Source of the DNA: an uncultured bacterium
GTDB taxonomy: Bacteria > Krumholzibacteriota > Krumholzibacteriia > LZORAL124-64-63
Length of the DNA: 64,000 nt
Assembly: GCA_963732385.1 (NCBI GenBank)
Contig: CAVSZB010000007.1
Location: 1,532,957-1,596,956 of the forward strand
Direction: 5' to 3'
The position numbers and the translations under genes are program-made. How positions within the stretch are numbered: the stretch's first letter is position 1; every line of letters begins with the position of its first letter. Below the pieces are notes generated by a model, which was not told the origin of the DNA, made no database searches, and was given only the letters and a program-made list of their open reading frames with translations. Shown here piece by piece: positions 20,375 to 29,715 of this stretch.

Positions 20375-20965
20375 CTACGGCTGCAGGTTTGCCTCGACCT
20401 CCAGCATGAGCGTGATCTCTTCGCCCACAACCACGCCGCCGGTCTCGAGGGCCTTGTTCCAGGTCAGGCCGAAGTCGGTGCGGTTGAGCTTGCCGGTCGC
20501 GGTGAAGCCGGCCTTCGTGGTCCCCCACGGGTCCTTGATCATGCCGTTGGCCTCGAGGTTCAGCGTGACCGGCTTCGTCACGCCGTGCATGGTCAGATCG
20601 CCCGTCAGCAGGTAAGTGCCGTCCTTGTTCGCCGTCACGCCGGTCGACTTGAAGGTCAGCGTGGGGTGAGTGGCGACGTCGAAGAAGTCGGCGCTGCGCA
20701 GGTGGTCGTCACGCTTGGAATCGCCGGTGTCGATCGACGTGGCCTGGATCGTGGCCTCGACCTGCCAGCTCTTTGGATCGGCGGGATCGTAGACCACGGT
20801 CCCGGCGAAATCGTTGAACGATCCCCTCACGTTCGAAACCATCAGGTGCTTCACCTTGAAGCCGACGCCGGAGTGCGCCCGGTCGATGGTGAACGTGGCG
20901 GCGACGGCCGGCGCCGCCAGGGTGGCGCAGACCATCAGGCCAAGGGCGAACAGGATTTTTTTCAT
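20375..20965 (-). CDS. YceI-family polyisoprenoid-binding periplasmic protein
   Basis: Signal peptide; IDRAHSGVGFKVKHL, SIDTG..RDDHLRSADFFD, GDLTMHGVTKPV, NRTDFG; RBS GAGGAGG. Confidence 0.95.
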   Translation of the reverse strand: MKKILFALGLMVCATLAAPAVAATFTIDRAHSGVGFKVKHLMVSNVRGSFNDFAGTVVYDPADPKSWQVEATIQATSIDTGDSKRDDHLRSADFFDVATHPTLTFKSTGVTANKDGTYLLTGDLTMHGVTKPVTLNLEANGMIKDPWGTTKAGFTATGKLNRTDFGLTWNKALETGGVVVGEEITLMLEVEANLQP

Positions 20966-21094
20966 CGTACGTCCTCCTCGTGCGGTAAGTCGGCAATATA
21001 ATGAAATTCGTTTTCGCCGCCGCCAGGGCCCGCGCGGACGCTGCCGCCAGGGGAGACAACCCCTTGGGCGGCAAGCGTCTGCATGTAGAAGACT

Positions 21095-24000
21095 TTAGCG
21101 CACCAAGGCCAGCTTGCGCGCCACGATCCGGCCGCCCGGACCGGCGAAACGCGCGAGGTAGGTGCCGCTGGCGAGCGGACGGCCGGCGTCGTCGCAACCG
21201 TCCCAGAGCATCTCGTGCGGACCGGCCGGCAGTTCGCCGTCGACCAGCGTGCGCAGCCGCCTGCCGTCGAGGCCATACACCGCCAGACGCGCGCGGCCGG
21301 GCGCCGCGAGCACGAAGCGCAGCACGGTGCGGGGATTGAACGGGTTCGGATGCCCGGTGAGCGCGGAGATCGACGCCGCGGGCGGGCCGTCGTCAGGCAC
21401 GTCGGTCACACCGTCGTCGCCCAGAGAGACCGTGACCGCCAGCGGACGGGGCGAACGGGGATCGTTGCAGGCGAACAGCGCCACGTCGTAGTGCGTCCCG
21501 GCCGTCAGCGCCGCGGGATCGAAGATCGCCGTGAAGCGGGCCGAGTCGCCCGGCGCGATGAGGGCGGTGCGGGGCGAGACCGACAGCCAGGCCGAATTCC
21601 AGGTGACGTCGGTGATGCGCAGCGGCAGCGGTCCGTCGTTGTGCGCCCAGCAGACCTCCGCCGCGGTGTCGGGCAGCAGACCGAGCGCGGCGGGAATGTC
21701 GAGACGACCGGCGCCCGTGTCGTTGTCGCGGCCCGCGGGCGCCACGTCGAGCGCTCCCCCCTCGAGCGCCGCGGCCAGTTCGACCGGCAAGAGCAGCGGG
21801 CGCGCCTGCAGCAGGATCGCGGCGGCTCCGGTCACGAGCGGCGTGGCCATGCTGGTGCCGGTGTAGGTCGCGTAGCCTGAGACGCCGACCGTGCTCGTGA
21901 TCGACACGCCTGGAGCGGCGAGATCCGGTTTCACGAGGCCGGGCGGATAGGGGTAGTCGCCGTAGGCGGGCGGGTCGATCAGGCTCCAGGCGGTGGGGCC
22001 GCGGCTCGAGGTGGCGCCGACCGCGTCGTACTGGTCGGTGGCCCCCACGGTGATCACCGCGGTGTGGCCCCCGGCGCCGTAAGCGGGGTTGGGGCAGTCG
22101 CCCGGCGCGGCGATGTCCCGTGGCAGCGGCAGGTGTCCGCCCGCGTTGTCGCCGTTGCCGGCGGCACAGAGCCAGGGCACGCCGACCGCCAGCAGAGCCT
22201 CGGCCGTACCGCGCAGCGAAGCGCGCAGGTCGGATGTGGGATCGGCCCACCCCGCCGACATCGTCAGCACGTCGACCCCGTGGTCGAGGCCGAACTGCAG
22301 CGCATCCACGAGGTCCTGGTAGTAGCCGGGAACGCAGCGCAGCGCCATCAGGCGGGCGCCGGGCGCCGCGCCGGTGGTCGTGCCGCCAGTGCCGTCGCCG
22401 ACGATCAGGCCGGCCGTGTGCGTGCCGTGCCAGTACGTCGCGTCGCCGTCGAACGGATCGTTGTCGTCGTCGATGAAATCCCAGCCGTGGTGCGGGAAGG
22501 CCGTGCCGCCGTCCCACAGCTGGCCGACCAGGTCGGGATGGCCGGTGCTGACGCCGGTGTCGAGATGGCCGACGACGACCCCGGTGCCGTCGAGCCCCTG
22601 GCTCCAGGCGTCGGTGGCGCCGATCTTCGCGAGGTGCCAGGCGAGCGCCTTGTCGACGGTGGCCGCGGCGGCAGGAAGCGACGCGCCGGCGGTGAGCGGC
22701 ACAAGCTGCGTCGGCGTCGGCAGGGGTGCGGCAACGGCGGCGGCGGCGACGGCGCCCGCAACGCCCGCACCGACGGCCCCGGCAGCCGGGAGAGCCGAAG
22801 CACTGTTGAGACGGTCGTCCAGCCAGATCCGCCCCACCTCCGGATCGGCGGCCAGCTCGGCGATCGCGTCGGGCGTGGCGCGCAGGGCGATCTGGCCCGA
22901 GATCCACAGCTCCTGCGGCGCCATCAGGCGTCCGCTCAGCAGCGCGATCCGGTGCGCCTTCTCCAGCTTGTCCCGCTTGCGCCAGACGTGCCCCTTGAGC
23001 GCGCTGATGACGTCGGCGCGGTGGTCCGCGGAGCGGCCCGGCGCGGCCAGCAGCACGACCAGCGCCGCGAGATCGACCTGTTCGGCGGGCGTCACGACCA
23101 CCGGCAGCAGGTCGTCCGGACCGACCGCGGCCACGGCGAACGCCAGCTCGGCCGATACGACCGGCAGCCAGGCGCGCGTCAGCAGCGGCGGCGCGGCGAC
23201 GGCCGCCTTCGTCGCCGGCGCCGGCTCCGGAGCCGGGAAGGCGTGGGTCACCCGCTCAGGGCTCAGGCGCAGCAACGGATCACCGTCGAGGAACCACAGG
23301 TTCTCCACCCAGGTATTGTCCGTCTCGTTCTCCTCCGCGACGGCGTCGAGCGGGTCGAGCACGAGGGCGAGATCGTGCCCGCCGAAAGCGACAACCAGCG
23401 GCCAGTCCTCGACCGCGGCGTACGTGGCGGTCGGCAGGCCTCCCGGCAGCAGCCAGGCGCCGACGATGACGCCATCGAGCGTGAGCCGCGCCACCACGTC
23501 CTGCGTGGCGGCGGCCAGACCGTCGTTCCAGAAGGCCAGGCTGACCCAGGTCGTGTCGCCGGCGGCGACCGGGCCGAGCGTGCGCCCGCCGCGCGTGTAG
23601 GAGGCGGTGAGCGGACCGCTCCACCCCTCCGGCGTAAACGGCGCCAGGTTGGGCCGGGTGGCGCGGCGGCTGCGGTAGATGTTGAGCCCCTGCGTGGGGT
23701 AGTCGCGCTTGTCGGTCCAGATCGCGTGCAGCGTCGGCGCCGTCCCGGTCGCGGCCGTACCGACCACGCCGGCGGCGGCGCGGAACGAGGGCGAGACCAT
23801 GCCGGCCGGCTCCACCGGTTCCTGCTCCAGCCAGTTGTCCGGGTGCCCGCGCCCGCCGGCCAGCCGCGTCACCAGGCCGAACTCATCGCCGTTGGCGGGG
23901 GCGTCGAGATAGGCGACCCCCACCACGCCGTCGCGCGTGAAGATGGCCGGACCGACGTTCTCGCGCAGGTCGGCCGCGATCTCGTAGGGACCGTAGACCG

Positions 24001-25249
24001 ACGTCAGCCCGTCCCAGGAGAAGGCGTAGATGATGTCGCCATCGATGTGGCCCAGCCCGTCGTCCCAGTCGAGCTGATAGGCGCAGTAGACATCCTGCCC
24101 CTGCGCCACCAGGCTCGGGAAGCCGCAGCTCATCGCGGTCCAGGCCGTCAGGTTGGTGATTTCGGCAAAGCTGCCGCTGAGCGCGTCGCGGGCGATCAGG
24201 ATCTCGACCTCGCCGCTGTAGGCGTCCTGTTCGCCGTTGACCATGTAGACCAGGGCTCCGTCGATCGCGACGTCGGGCCAGAGATCGGGATAGCCGTCCG
24301 CGTACAGGAAGTCGTAGGACAGCGTGGCGCCGCCGGTCGTGCTCCACATCCACAGCAGCGTCCACTCGCCTAAGTCGACCATGCTCGCCGCGATGAAGAC
24401 GCGCGCGAAGTCGCCGGCGCCGCTCACCGCGATCGACGGCGTGGCGCAGAGCACCCCGGTCGCCAGACCACGCACCCACGACCACGCCTGGGGATTGTCG
24501 GGCGCCGAGGAGCGCGCGCGCACCACCACGCCGTCCGACCGCACCCACACCACGTGGATGTACCCGGCGCCATCGATGGCGATGTCCGGCATCATCTCGT
24601 CCTGGGTGTATGAAGGCATCTCCCAGACGGTCCAGGTGAGGCCGCCGTCGCTGCTGCGCGCGATGTGGATGTCGCGATCGGTCGAAGCAAGATCGTACCC
24701 TTCGAAGACAGCGAAGAGATTTCCCGTGATCGGGCTGGCGGCGATCGACACGTACTGGTCATTGGCATGATTCGGATCGGCCAGCAGCGCCGGCGCGGTC
24801 CAGCCGAAAGAGGCGGCCTTGGTGGCGGCGGCGGCGCTGGCTCGGGCGTCCTTCGCCTCGCGCGGGTCATCCGGCCGCGCCGGCACGGCCGCGGCGCGAC
24901 GATTCGCGGTCAGAGCCGTGAGACGGACGAGTTGGGCGGAGGTGGCGGGCGATGACGCCGCGCCCGTCGATCCGGCAGGCGACGCTTCCGACCGCAGATC
25001 CAGATCGACCCACGCGGCCCGCGCCCCCCTCTTGGCCGGATCGGCGCGGTAGCTGACCCGGGTGCGCGTGGCGGCCGGCTGTGGCCCGGCCGGCGGCAGC
25101 GGATGGCGCGTCGGTGCGACGGCGCCGGCGGCACCGCCCGGCAGGAGGGCCAGCAGGAGTCCGCCCGCCAGCGTCAATCGTCGCCAGAACGATCGGGGCG
25201 GGGCACCGGCGTGATCGTAGCGGAAGCGTGGCACGATGAGCCTCCCCAT
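21095..25249 (-). CDS. Large modular S8 (subtilisin-like) protease: Asp-box-like N-region, CARDB, prodomain, S8, Ig-like domain, FlgD-Ig C-terminal domain
   Basis: Catalytic triad VGHLDTG / HGTHTAG / GTSMATP and AAGN; RSSDGGLTW Asp-box; LDPLDAVAEENETDN (CARDB); C-terminal PNPFNPRT..WDGCDDAGRPLASGTYLAR. Start uncertain. Confidence 0.88.
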   Translation of the reverse strand: MGRLIVPRFRYDHAGAPPRSFWRRLTLAGGLLLALLPGGAAGAVAPTRHPLPPAGPQPAATRTRVSYRADPAKRGARAAWVDLDLRSEASPAGSTGAASSPATSAQLVRLTALTANRRAAAVPARPDDPREAKDARASAAAATKAASFGWTAPALLADPNHANDQYVSIAASPITGNLFAVFEGYDLASTDRDIHIARSSDGGLTWTVWEMPSYTQDEMMPDIAIDGAGYIHVVWVRSDGVVVRARSSAPDNPQAWSWVRGLATGVLCATPSIAVSGAGDFARVFIAASMVDLGEWTLLWMWSTTGGATLSYDFLYADGYPDLWPDVAIDGALVYMVNGEQDAYSGEVEILIARDALSGSFAEITNLTAWTAMSCGFPSLVAQGQDVYCAYQLDWDDGLGHIDGDIIYAFSWDGLTSVYGPYEIAADLRENVGPAIFTRDGVVGVAYLDAPANGDEFGLVTRLAGGRGHPDNWLEQEPVEPAGMVSPSFRAAAGVVGTAATGTAPTLHAIWTDKRDYPTQGLNIYRSRRATRPNLAPFTPEGWSGPLTASYTRGGRTLGPVAAGDTTWVSLAFWNDGLAAATQDVVARLTLDGVIVGAWLLPGGLPTATYAAVEDWPLVVAFGGHDLALVLDPLDAVAEENETDNTWVENLWFLDGDPLLRLSPERVTHAFPAPEPAPATKAAVAAPPLLTRAWLPVVSAELAFAVAAVGPDDLLPVVVTPAEQVDLAALVVLLAAPGRSADHRADVISALKGHVWRKRDKLEKAHRIALLSGRLMAPQELWISGQIALRATPDAIAELAADPEVGRIWLDDRLNSASALPAAGAVGAGVAGAVAAAAVAAPLPTPTQLVPLTAGASLPAAAATVDKALAWHLAKIGATDAWSQGLDGTGVVVGHLDTGVSTGHPDLVGQLWDGGTAFPHHGWDFIDDDNDPFDGDATYWHGTHTAGLIVGDGTGGTTTGAAPGARLMALRCVPGYYQDLVDALQFGLDHGVDVLTMSAGWADPTSDLRASLRGTAEALLAVGVPWLCAAGNGDNAGGHLPLPRDIAAPGDCPNPAYGAGGHTAVITVGATDQYDAVGATSSRGPTAWSLIDPPAYGDYPYPPGLVKPDLAAPGVSITSTVGVSGYATYTGTSMATPLVTGAAAILLQARPLLLPVELAAALEGGALDVAPAGRDNDTGAGRLDIPAALGLLPDTAAEVCWAHNDGPLPLRITDVTWNSAWLSVSPRTALIAPGDSARFTAIFDPAALTAGTHYDVALFACNDPRSPRPLAVTVSLGDDGVTDVPDDGPPAASISALTGHPNPFNPRTVLRFVLAAPGRARLAVYGLDGRRLRTLVDGELPAGPHEMLWDGCDDAGRPLASGTYLARFAGPGGRIVARKLALVR

Positions 25250-25393
25250 GGCTGAACGATCCGAATCGGGCGTGCCGGGCCACGGTATAATAATATCACA
25301 AATAAGCATATAATGGCGCAATAATATCGTGATTCACCCGTCAGACGGCACTCTCGTTTTGTGCGCGGCGCGAGACTGCGCTATGCTCGCGTC

Positions 25394-26941
25394 ATGCCAC
25401 CCTTGAAAATTCCGGGCCCCGCCGCGCGATCGGTCATCCCGCTGGTGGCCGCGCTCGCGGTGGCTGGCTGCGCCGCGCCGCCGCCCGGTCGCGACCGCGC
25501 GCCGGAGACCGCGTCGCGGCCGGACGCGCCGGTCGCCGCAACGGCTTCTCCCACCGGCGGAGCCGGAACGTGCGACCCCTGCCCCGGCACGCCGGCGCGC
25601 GGCGGTATGCTCATGGTCGCCCTGCCCGACACTTACGCGATGGCACACGCACCCGAGCCGGCCAACGAGGCGGAGCGCACCGTCTTTCGCAACCTCTACG
25701 AGACACTCATCACGATCGACTGCGACGGCGAGGCGCGGCCAGGGCTGGCGGAGGCGTGGAGCGCGGCCGACGACGGCCGACGCTGGACGTTCACCCTGCG
25801 CGCCGCGGCCCGCTTCTGGGACGGCCGTCCGGTCACCGCGCAGGACGTGAAGACGGCCTGGACCGCCACCCAGCGCCGCGCCCAGACCGCCGGCTGCCTG
25901 CTGCCGTGGGCCTGGCTCGACGCCGAGGCCGCCTCGGTCCGCCTGCTCGACGCGCGCCGGCTTTCCATCCAACTCCCGGAACCGCAGGCCGATTTTCCGC
26001 TGCTGCTGGCCCATCCGGCATACGCCGTTGCCCTGCCAACGCGCACCGGAGAGTGGCCGCTCGGCACGGGTATCGCCCAGCCGGGCACGGTCGTCGCCGC
26101 CACCCGACACGCATCGGGTCAGGGGGGCGGGCAGTACTTCCGGCCCAACCCCCATCATCCGGGGAAACCGCCCGCGTGGGAGCAGATCTGTTTCCGGCGC
26201 CAGGGCACGCCTGGGAAAATGGACGGGCGAAGGATCGACATCACACTGCATGGCGGCGACGCCCCACCTTCCCCCGCGAGTGGGGATGGCGTCGTGTCCA
26301 GGCTGCCCTGGAACCGGATCGTGCTGTTCCTCTGTCCGGCGGGTGGTGGAGAGGCGGAGCGCTGGACCGCGAACTTGCGGCCGGACGAAGCGCTGCCCGA
26401 TTCGCGGCCCGCCGACATGCTGATCTTTCCCGGAGCCTGGGGAGAGACCTGCCCCCAACTGGCCGGCCCGGCCGCGGGGCGGAGCGCCACGGTGCGCGCG
26501 GACAGCGCCGCCGCGACACCCCCCGGGCGTCTGCTCTATCCGGCAGCCGATCCCATCGCGCGGGAAATTGCTCGCCAACTCGCCAAGGCCGGCGACGGGG
26601 AGACCATCGGGCTGGATGATGCGACCTGGCCGGCCGCCCTGCGCGAAGGCCGGGCCACCGGCTATGTGATGTCGGTGTCGCGCTGTTATGCCACGCCATG
26701 CCTGCAATTGGCGGCGCTGCTGGGCTCGGCGTCGTGGCTGCAGAATGCTGCCCTGGGCGGCCGCGGCAGCGGCGGCGTGACACCGGTGGAGGCTTCGAGA
26801 CGCCTGATCGCGACCGGGGTGGCGACACCGCTGGCGATGACCCGCGCCAGCCTGACCGTCCGCCCCGGCATCGTCGGTCTGCGCGTGGCGCCCGACGGCG
26901 CCCTCCTGCTGGCTGGCGCCGGTTTTACCGGCCCGCCCTAA
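25394..26941 (+). CDS. ABC-type family-5 substrate-binding-like lipoprotein (divergent)
   Basis: Lipobox VAGC; NLYETL..G..RPGLAEAW....DGRRWTFTLR..ARFWDG..VTAQDV (SBP_bac_5 N-terminal signature). The C-terminal half is not recognisable. Confidence 0.65.
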   Translation: MPPLKIPGPAARSVIPLVAALAVAGCAAPPPGRDRAPETASRPDAPVAATASPTGGAGTCDPCPGTPARGGMLMVALPDTYAMAHAPEPANEAERTVFRNLYETLITIDCDGEARPGLAEAWSAADDGRRWTFTLRAAARFWDGRPVTAQDVKTAWTATQRRAQTAGCLLPWAWLDAEAASVRLLDARRLSIQLPEPQADFPLLLAHPAYAVALPTRTGEWPLGTGIAQPGTVVAATRHASGQGGGQYFRPNPHHPGKPPAWEQICFRRQGTPGKMDGRRIDITLHGGDAPPSPASGDGVVSRLPWNRIVLFLCPAGGGEAERWTANLRPDEALPDSRPADMLIFPGAWGETCPQLAGPAAGRSATVRADSAAATPPGRLLYPAADPIAREIARQLAKAGDGETIGLDDATWPAALREGRATGYVMSVSRCYATPCLQLAALLGSASWLQNAALGGRGSGGVTPVEASRRLIATGVATPLAMTRASLTVRPGIVGLRVAPDGALLLAGAGFTGPP

Positions 26942-28377
26942 TCCGCCGACGGCGGCTTCTTCGCGGTCTTCTTGCGCGGGGCGCGGGGCCGAGCCGCAGC
27001 CTCCCCCTCGGGTGCCTTGCGCGGGGCCGCCTTTTTCCGGGTAGCCGGGCGGGACGCTGTCCCGCTGGCCGGTTTGGCGACCGGCGCGGGTGCCGACGCC
27101 TCGGTGGCGACGGTCTTGTCGCCCGCCGCCTTCTCTCCCGCCGGCCTGGCGCGGGACCGCCCGCCGCGGCGACTGCCGCGTTTGGCGGCCGGAGCCGCGC
27201 CGGACGCCGACGCCTCGCCATCTTTGGCCGGGACAGCAGGCGCGGGCACGACCGGCTCCGGCGGCGTGGGATCTGCCACGTTTCCGGTTCCCGACAGCCC
27301 GGGCGCCCCCTCTCCGGCCTGGGCGGGGCGGCCATTCTCGCGCCGCCGGCCTCGCCGACGGCTGCGCGAACGACGGCTTCCTTCAGCCACGCCCTCGGCC
27401 GGCAGCGGCCGGACCGCCAGGTCCGCAGCCGTAGCCGCCGGCGCGGCAGCGGGCTCCTCGACTGCCGGCGGTGTTTCCGGGGTGACGGTCGCCGGCGGGG
27501 CGACCGCAGCGCCGGTCGCGGCCGCGACCGTCCCCTCGCTCCGCCGTCCCCGACCGCCGCGCCGTCGCTCCCCGCTGCGGGCCCGGCTCGCCGGATGCAC
27601 GCCGACCAGCTGCGCCCCTTTGCCGAGCGCCGTCACGACCCAGGTGCCGCCCGCGCGCGAGTCGCGTATCGCCTCGAGCAGTCCGTGCGACATCGCCTCT
27701 TCGAGCAGGTCGCCGAAGTTCGAATAGCCGTGCTGGTGCTCGTCGAACTCCGGCTGCTTGCGCTTCATCGTGTCCTTGATGAGCGAGGAGTAGAGCACGC
27801 CGCGGCTCTCGCGCTGCAAACCATGGATCGTGGCGACCAGGAACTCGAACAGCTTGCGCTTCTCGGCCGGCACGTGCGAGAAGCCGTCGAGTTGCCGGCC
27901 CACACGTTCGATGTAGAGATCGTCGTAGAAGATGAACTCATCGCAGTTGACGATCAGCAGGTGCGAACTGGAGTTGCGCAGCCCCATACCGATGACCGAC
28001 TTTCCGTTCTCGCGCAGCTTCGAAACCAACGGCGAGAAATCGGAGTCGCCGGAGACGATCACGTAGGTGTCGAGATGATCCTTGCCGTAGCACATGTCCA
28101 TCGCGTCGACGACGAGCCGGATGTCGGCGCTGTTCTTGCCGGACAGCTTCGGCGCGGGAATTTCGATCAGCTCGATGCCGGCCTGGTGCAGGTCCGTGAG
28201 GTATTCCTTGTGATGACTCCAGTCGGCGTACGCCTTCTTGGCAATGATCTTGCCCTTCTCCAGCAGGCGTTGCAGCACGATCTGGATGTCGAAGCGCTGC
28301 CGCGCGTCGCGGGCGCCAAGGGCGACATTGTCGAAGTCGATGAAAAGAGCGAGATTGGGTTCCTGCGATGTTGACAT
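26938..28377 (-). CDS. NYN (LabA/DUF88, PIN-fold) protein with OST-HTH/LOTUS domain and long low-complexity tail
   Basis: LALFIDFDN, AYADW, GKNSADIRLVVDAMD, IVSGDSDFSPLV, CDEFIFYDDL; SLIKDTMKRKQPEFDE..GYSNFGDLLEEA. Confidence 0.92.
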   Translation of the reverse strand: MSTSQEPNLALFIDFDNVALGARDARQRFDIQIVLQRLLEKGKIIAKKAYADWSHHKEYLTDLHQAGIELIEIPAPKLSGKNSADIRLVVDAMDMCYGKDHLDTYVIVSGDSDFSPLVSKLRENGKSVIGMGLRNSSSHLLIVNCDEFIFYDDLYIERVGRQLDGFSHVPAEKRKLFEFLVATIHGLQRESRGVLYSSLIKDTMKRKQPEFDEHQHGYSNFGDLLEEAMSHGLLEAIRDSRAGGTWVVTALGKGAQLVGVHPASRARSGERRRGGRGRRSEGTVAAATGAAVAPPATVTPETPPAVEEPAAAPAATAADLAVRPLPAEGVAEGSRRSRSRRRGRRRENGRPAQAGEGAPGLSGTGNVADPTPPEPVVPAPAVPAKDGEASASGAAPAAKRGSRRGGRSRARPAGEKAAGDKTVATEASAPAPVAKPASGTASRPATRKKAAPRKAPEGEAAARPRAPRKKTAKKPPSAD

Positions 28378-28470
28378 GCGTGGATCTCCTTATCCCATGA
28401 TGCGCATGGGGATTAGGGAGATCATAGCCTGTCGGACGCATTCTGTCCATGACGGCGGGAGGTCGATGGC

Positions 28471-29613
28471 ATGAGCGCTAACCTTGACGGTCCGGAACTG
28501 GCGCGGCTGGTGCGACGGGTCTTCGCGCCGGGGCCGGAGGACGACGCCCTGGCCATCATGGTGGATCTGCCCGACGACCGGCTGCCCGACAACCCCGACT
28601 GGCGGCAGCGCCGGGCGCTGGCGGCCGGCTGGGCCGGGGCGCTCGAGACGCAGAAGGGGGCCGCCGGGCTGCGCCGGGTGTCGCTGGTCTGGTACCGCAA
28701 CGCGGGCGGCAACAACGCCGACCTGCCACCCGTCTGCGTGCCGGCGCGCCCGGACGAGGTGATCCCCGACACGAGCCTGGCGCTGGCGGGCCGCCCGGAA
28801 TTGCCGTTCACGGAGCTGTTCGCCACGCACCGCCTGATCCTGGCGCCGACCGAACTGTCGGCCACCGCGCCGTTGAAGGTGGCGGCCCGCAGCGCCCGCT
28901 TCCGCGCCGCCACGATGCCCGGCTTCACTCCAGACATGGTCCCCGCGCTGCGACTCGATTACGACGAGGTGAACCGCCGGGTCTCGTGCCTGAAGGAGCG
29001 GCTCGACACGGCGCAGAGCGCCGAGATCAGGCTGCGGGTCGGCGCGACGCGTCACGTGCTGCGACTGGACCTCCGTCACCGGCAGGCCCACGCCTCGGGC
29101 GGCCTGATCCACGAGCCGGGCACGGCAGGCAATCTACCCTCCGGGGAGGCCTATATCGTCCCGTACGAGGGGGAACACCCCGACGATCCGAGCCTCACCG
29201 CCGGCGAACTTCCGGTGCAGTTCGGCGACGAGATCGTGCGCTACGAAATCGCCGGCAACCGCGCCGTGGCGGTCCTCTCGAACGGTCCCCACAGCGACGC
29301 GGAGCGCGACCTCATCGCGCGCGAGCCGGCCTACGCCAACCTGGCGGAGCTCGGCCTGGGCGTGCTCGCCGACTTCGGCCTCGTCCCGGTCAACAGCCTG
29401 CTGCTGGACGAGAAACTCGGGCTGCACATCGCCTTCGGACGCAGCGATCACTTCGGCGGACAGGTCGGACCGGCCGCGTTCAGCAGCCCCGGAGCCGTGG
29501 TGCACATCGACCGCGTCTATCTGCCGCAGACCCAGCCGCTGATCGCGGTCGAATCGGTCACGCTCGGGGAGCGGGTGCTGATGCGGGAGGGCAGGTACAC
29601 GGACGTTTTCTAG
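28471..29613 (+). CDS. Aminopeptidase T / M29-like metallopeptidase
   Basis: AATMPG, GNLPSGEAYIVP, NLAELGLG, LLDEKLGLHIAFG, VHID. Confidence 0.7.
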   Translation: MSANLDGPELARLVRRVFAPGPEDDALAIMVDLPDDRLPDNPDWRQRRALAAGWAGALETQKGAAGLRRVSLVWYRNAGGNNADLPPVCVPARPDEVIPDTSLALAGRPELPFTELFATHRLILAPTELSATAPLKVAARSARFRAATMPGFTPDMVPALRLDYDEVNRRVSCLKERLDTAQSAEIRLRVGATRHVLRLDLRHRQAHASGGLIHEPGTAGNLPSGEAYIVPYEGEHPDDPSLTAGELPVQFGDEIVRYEIAGNRAVAVLSNGPHSDAERDLIAREPAYANLAELGLGVLADFGLVPVNSLLLDEKLGLHIAFGRSDHFGGQVGPAAFSSPGAVVHIDRVYLPQTQPLIAVESVTLGERVLMREGRYTDVF

Positions 29614-29715
29614 CCTCCTCGCACCTGGCCCTTGCCTGGCGCACGGTCCATTCGTTAGCATGCCGCCCGTTCACACCTCGCACCGCCACCCCCGTCGTTT
29701 CCGGGAGGGTTTTCC

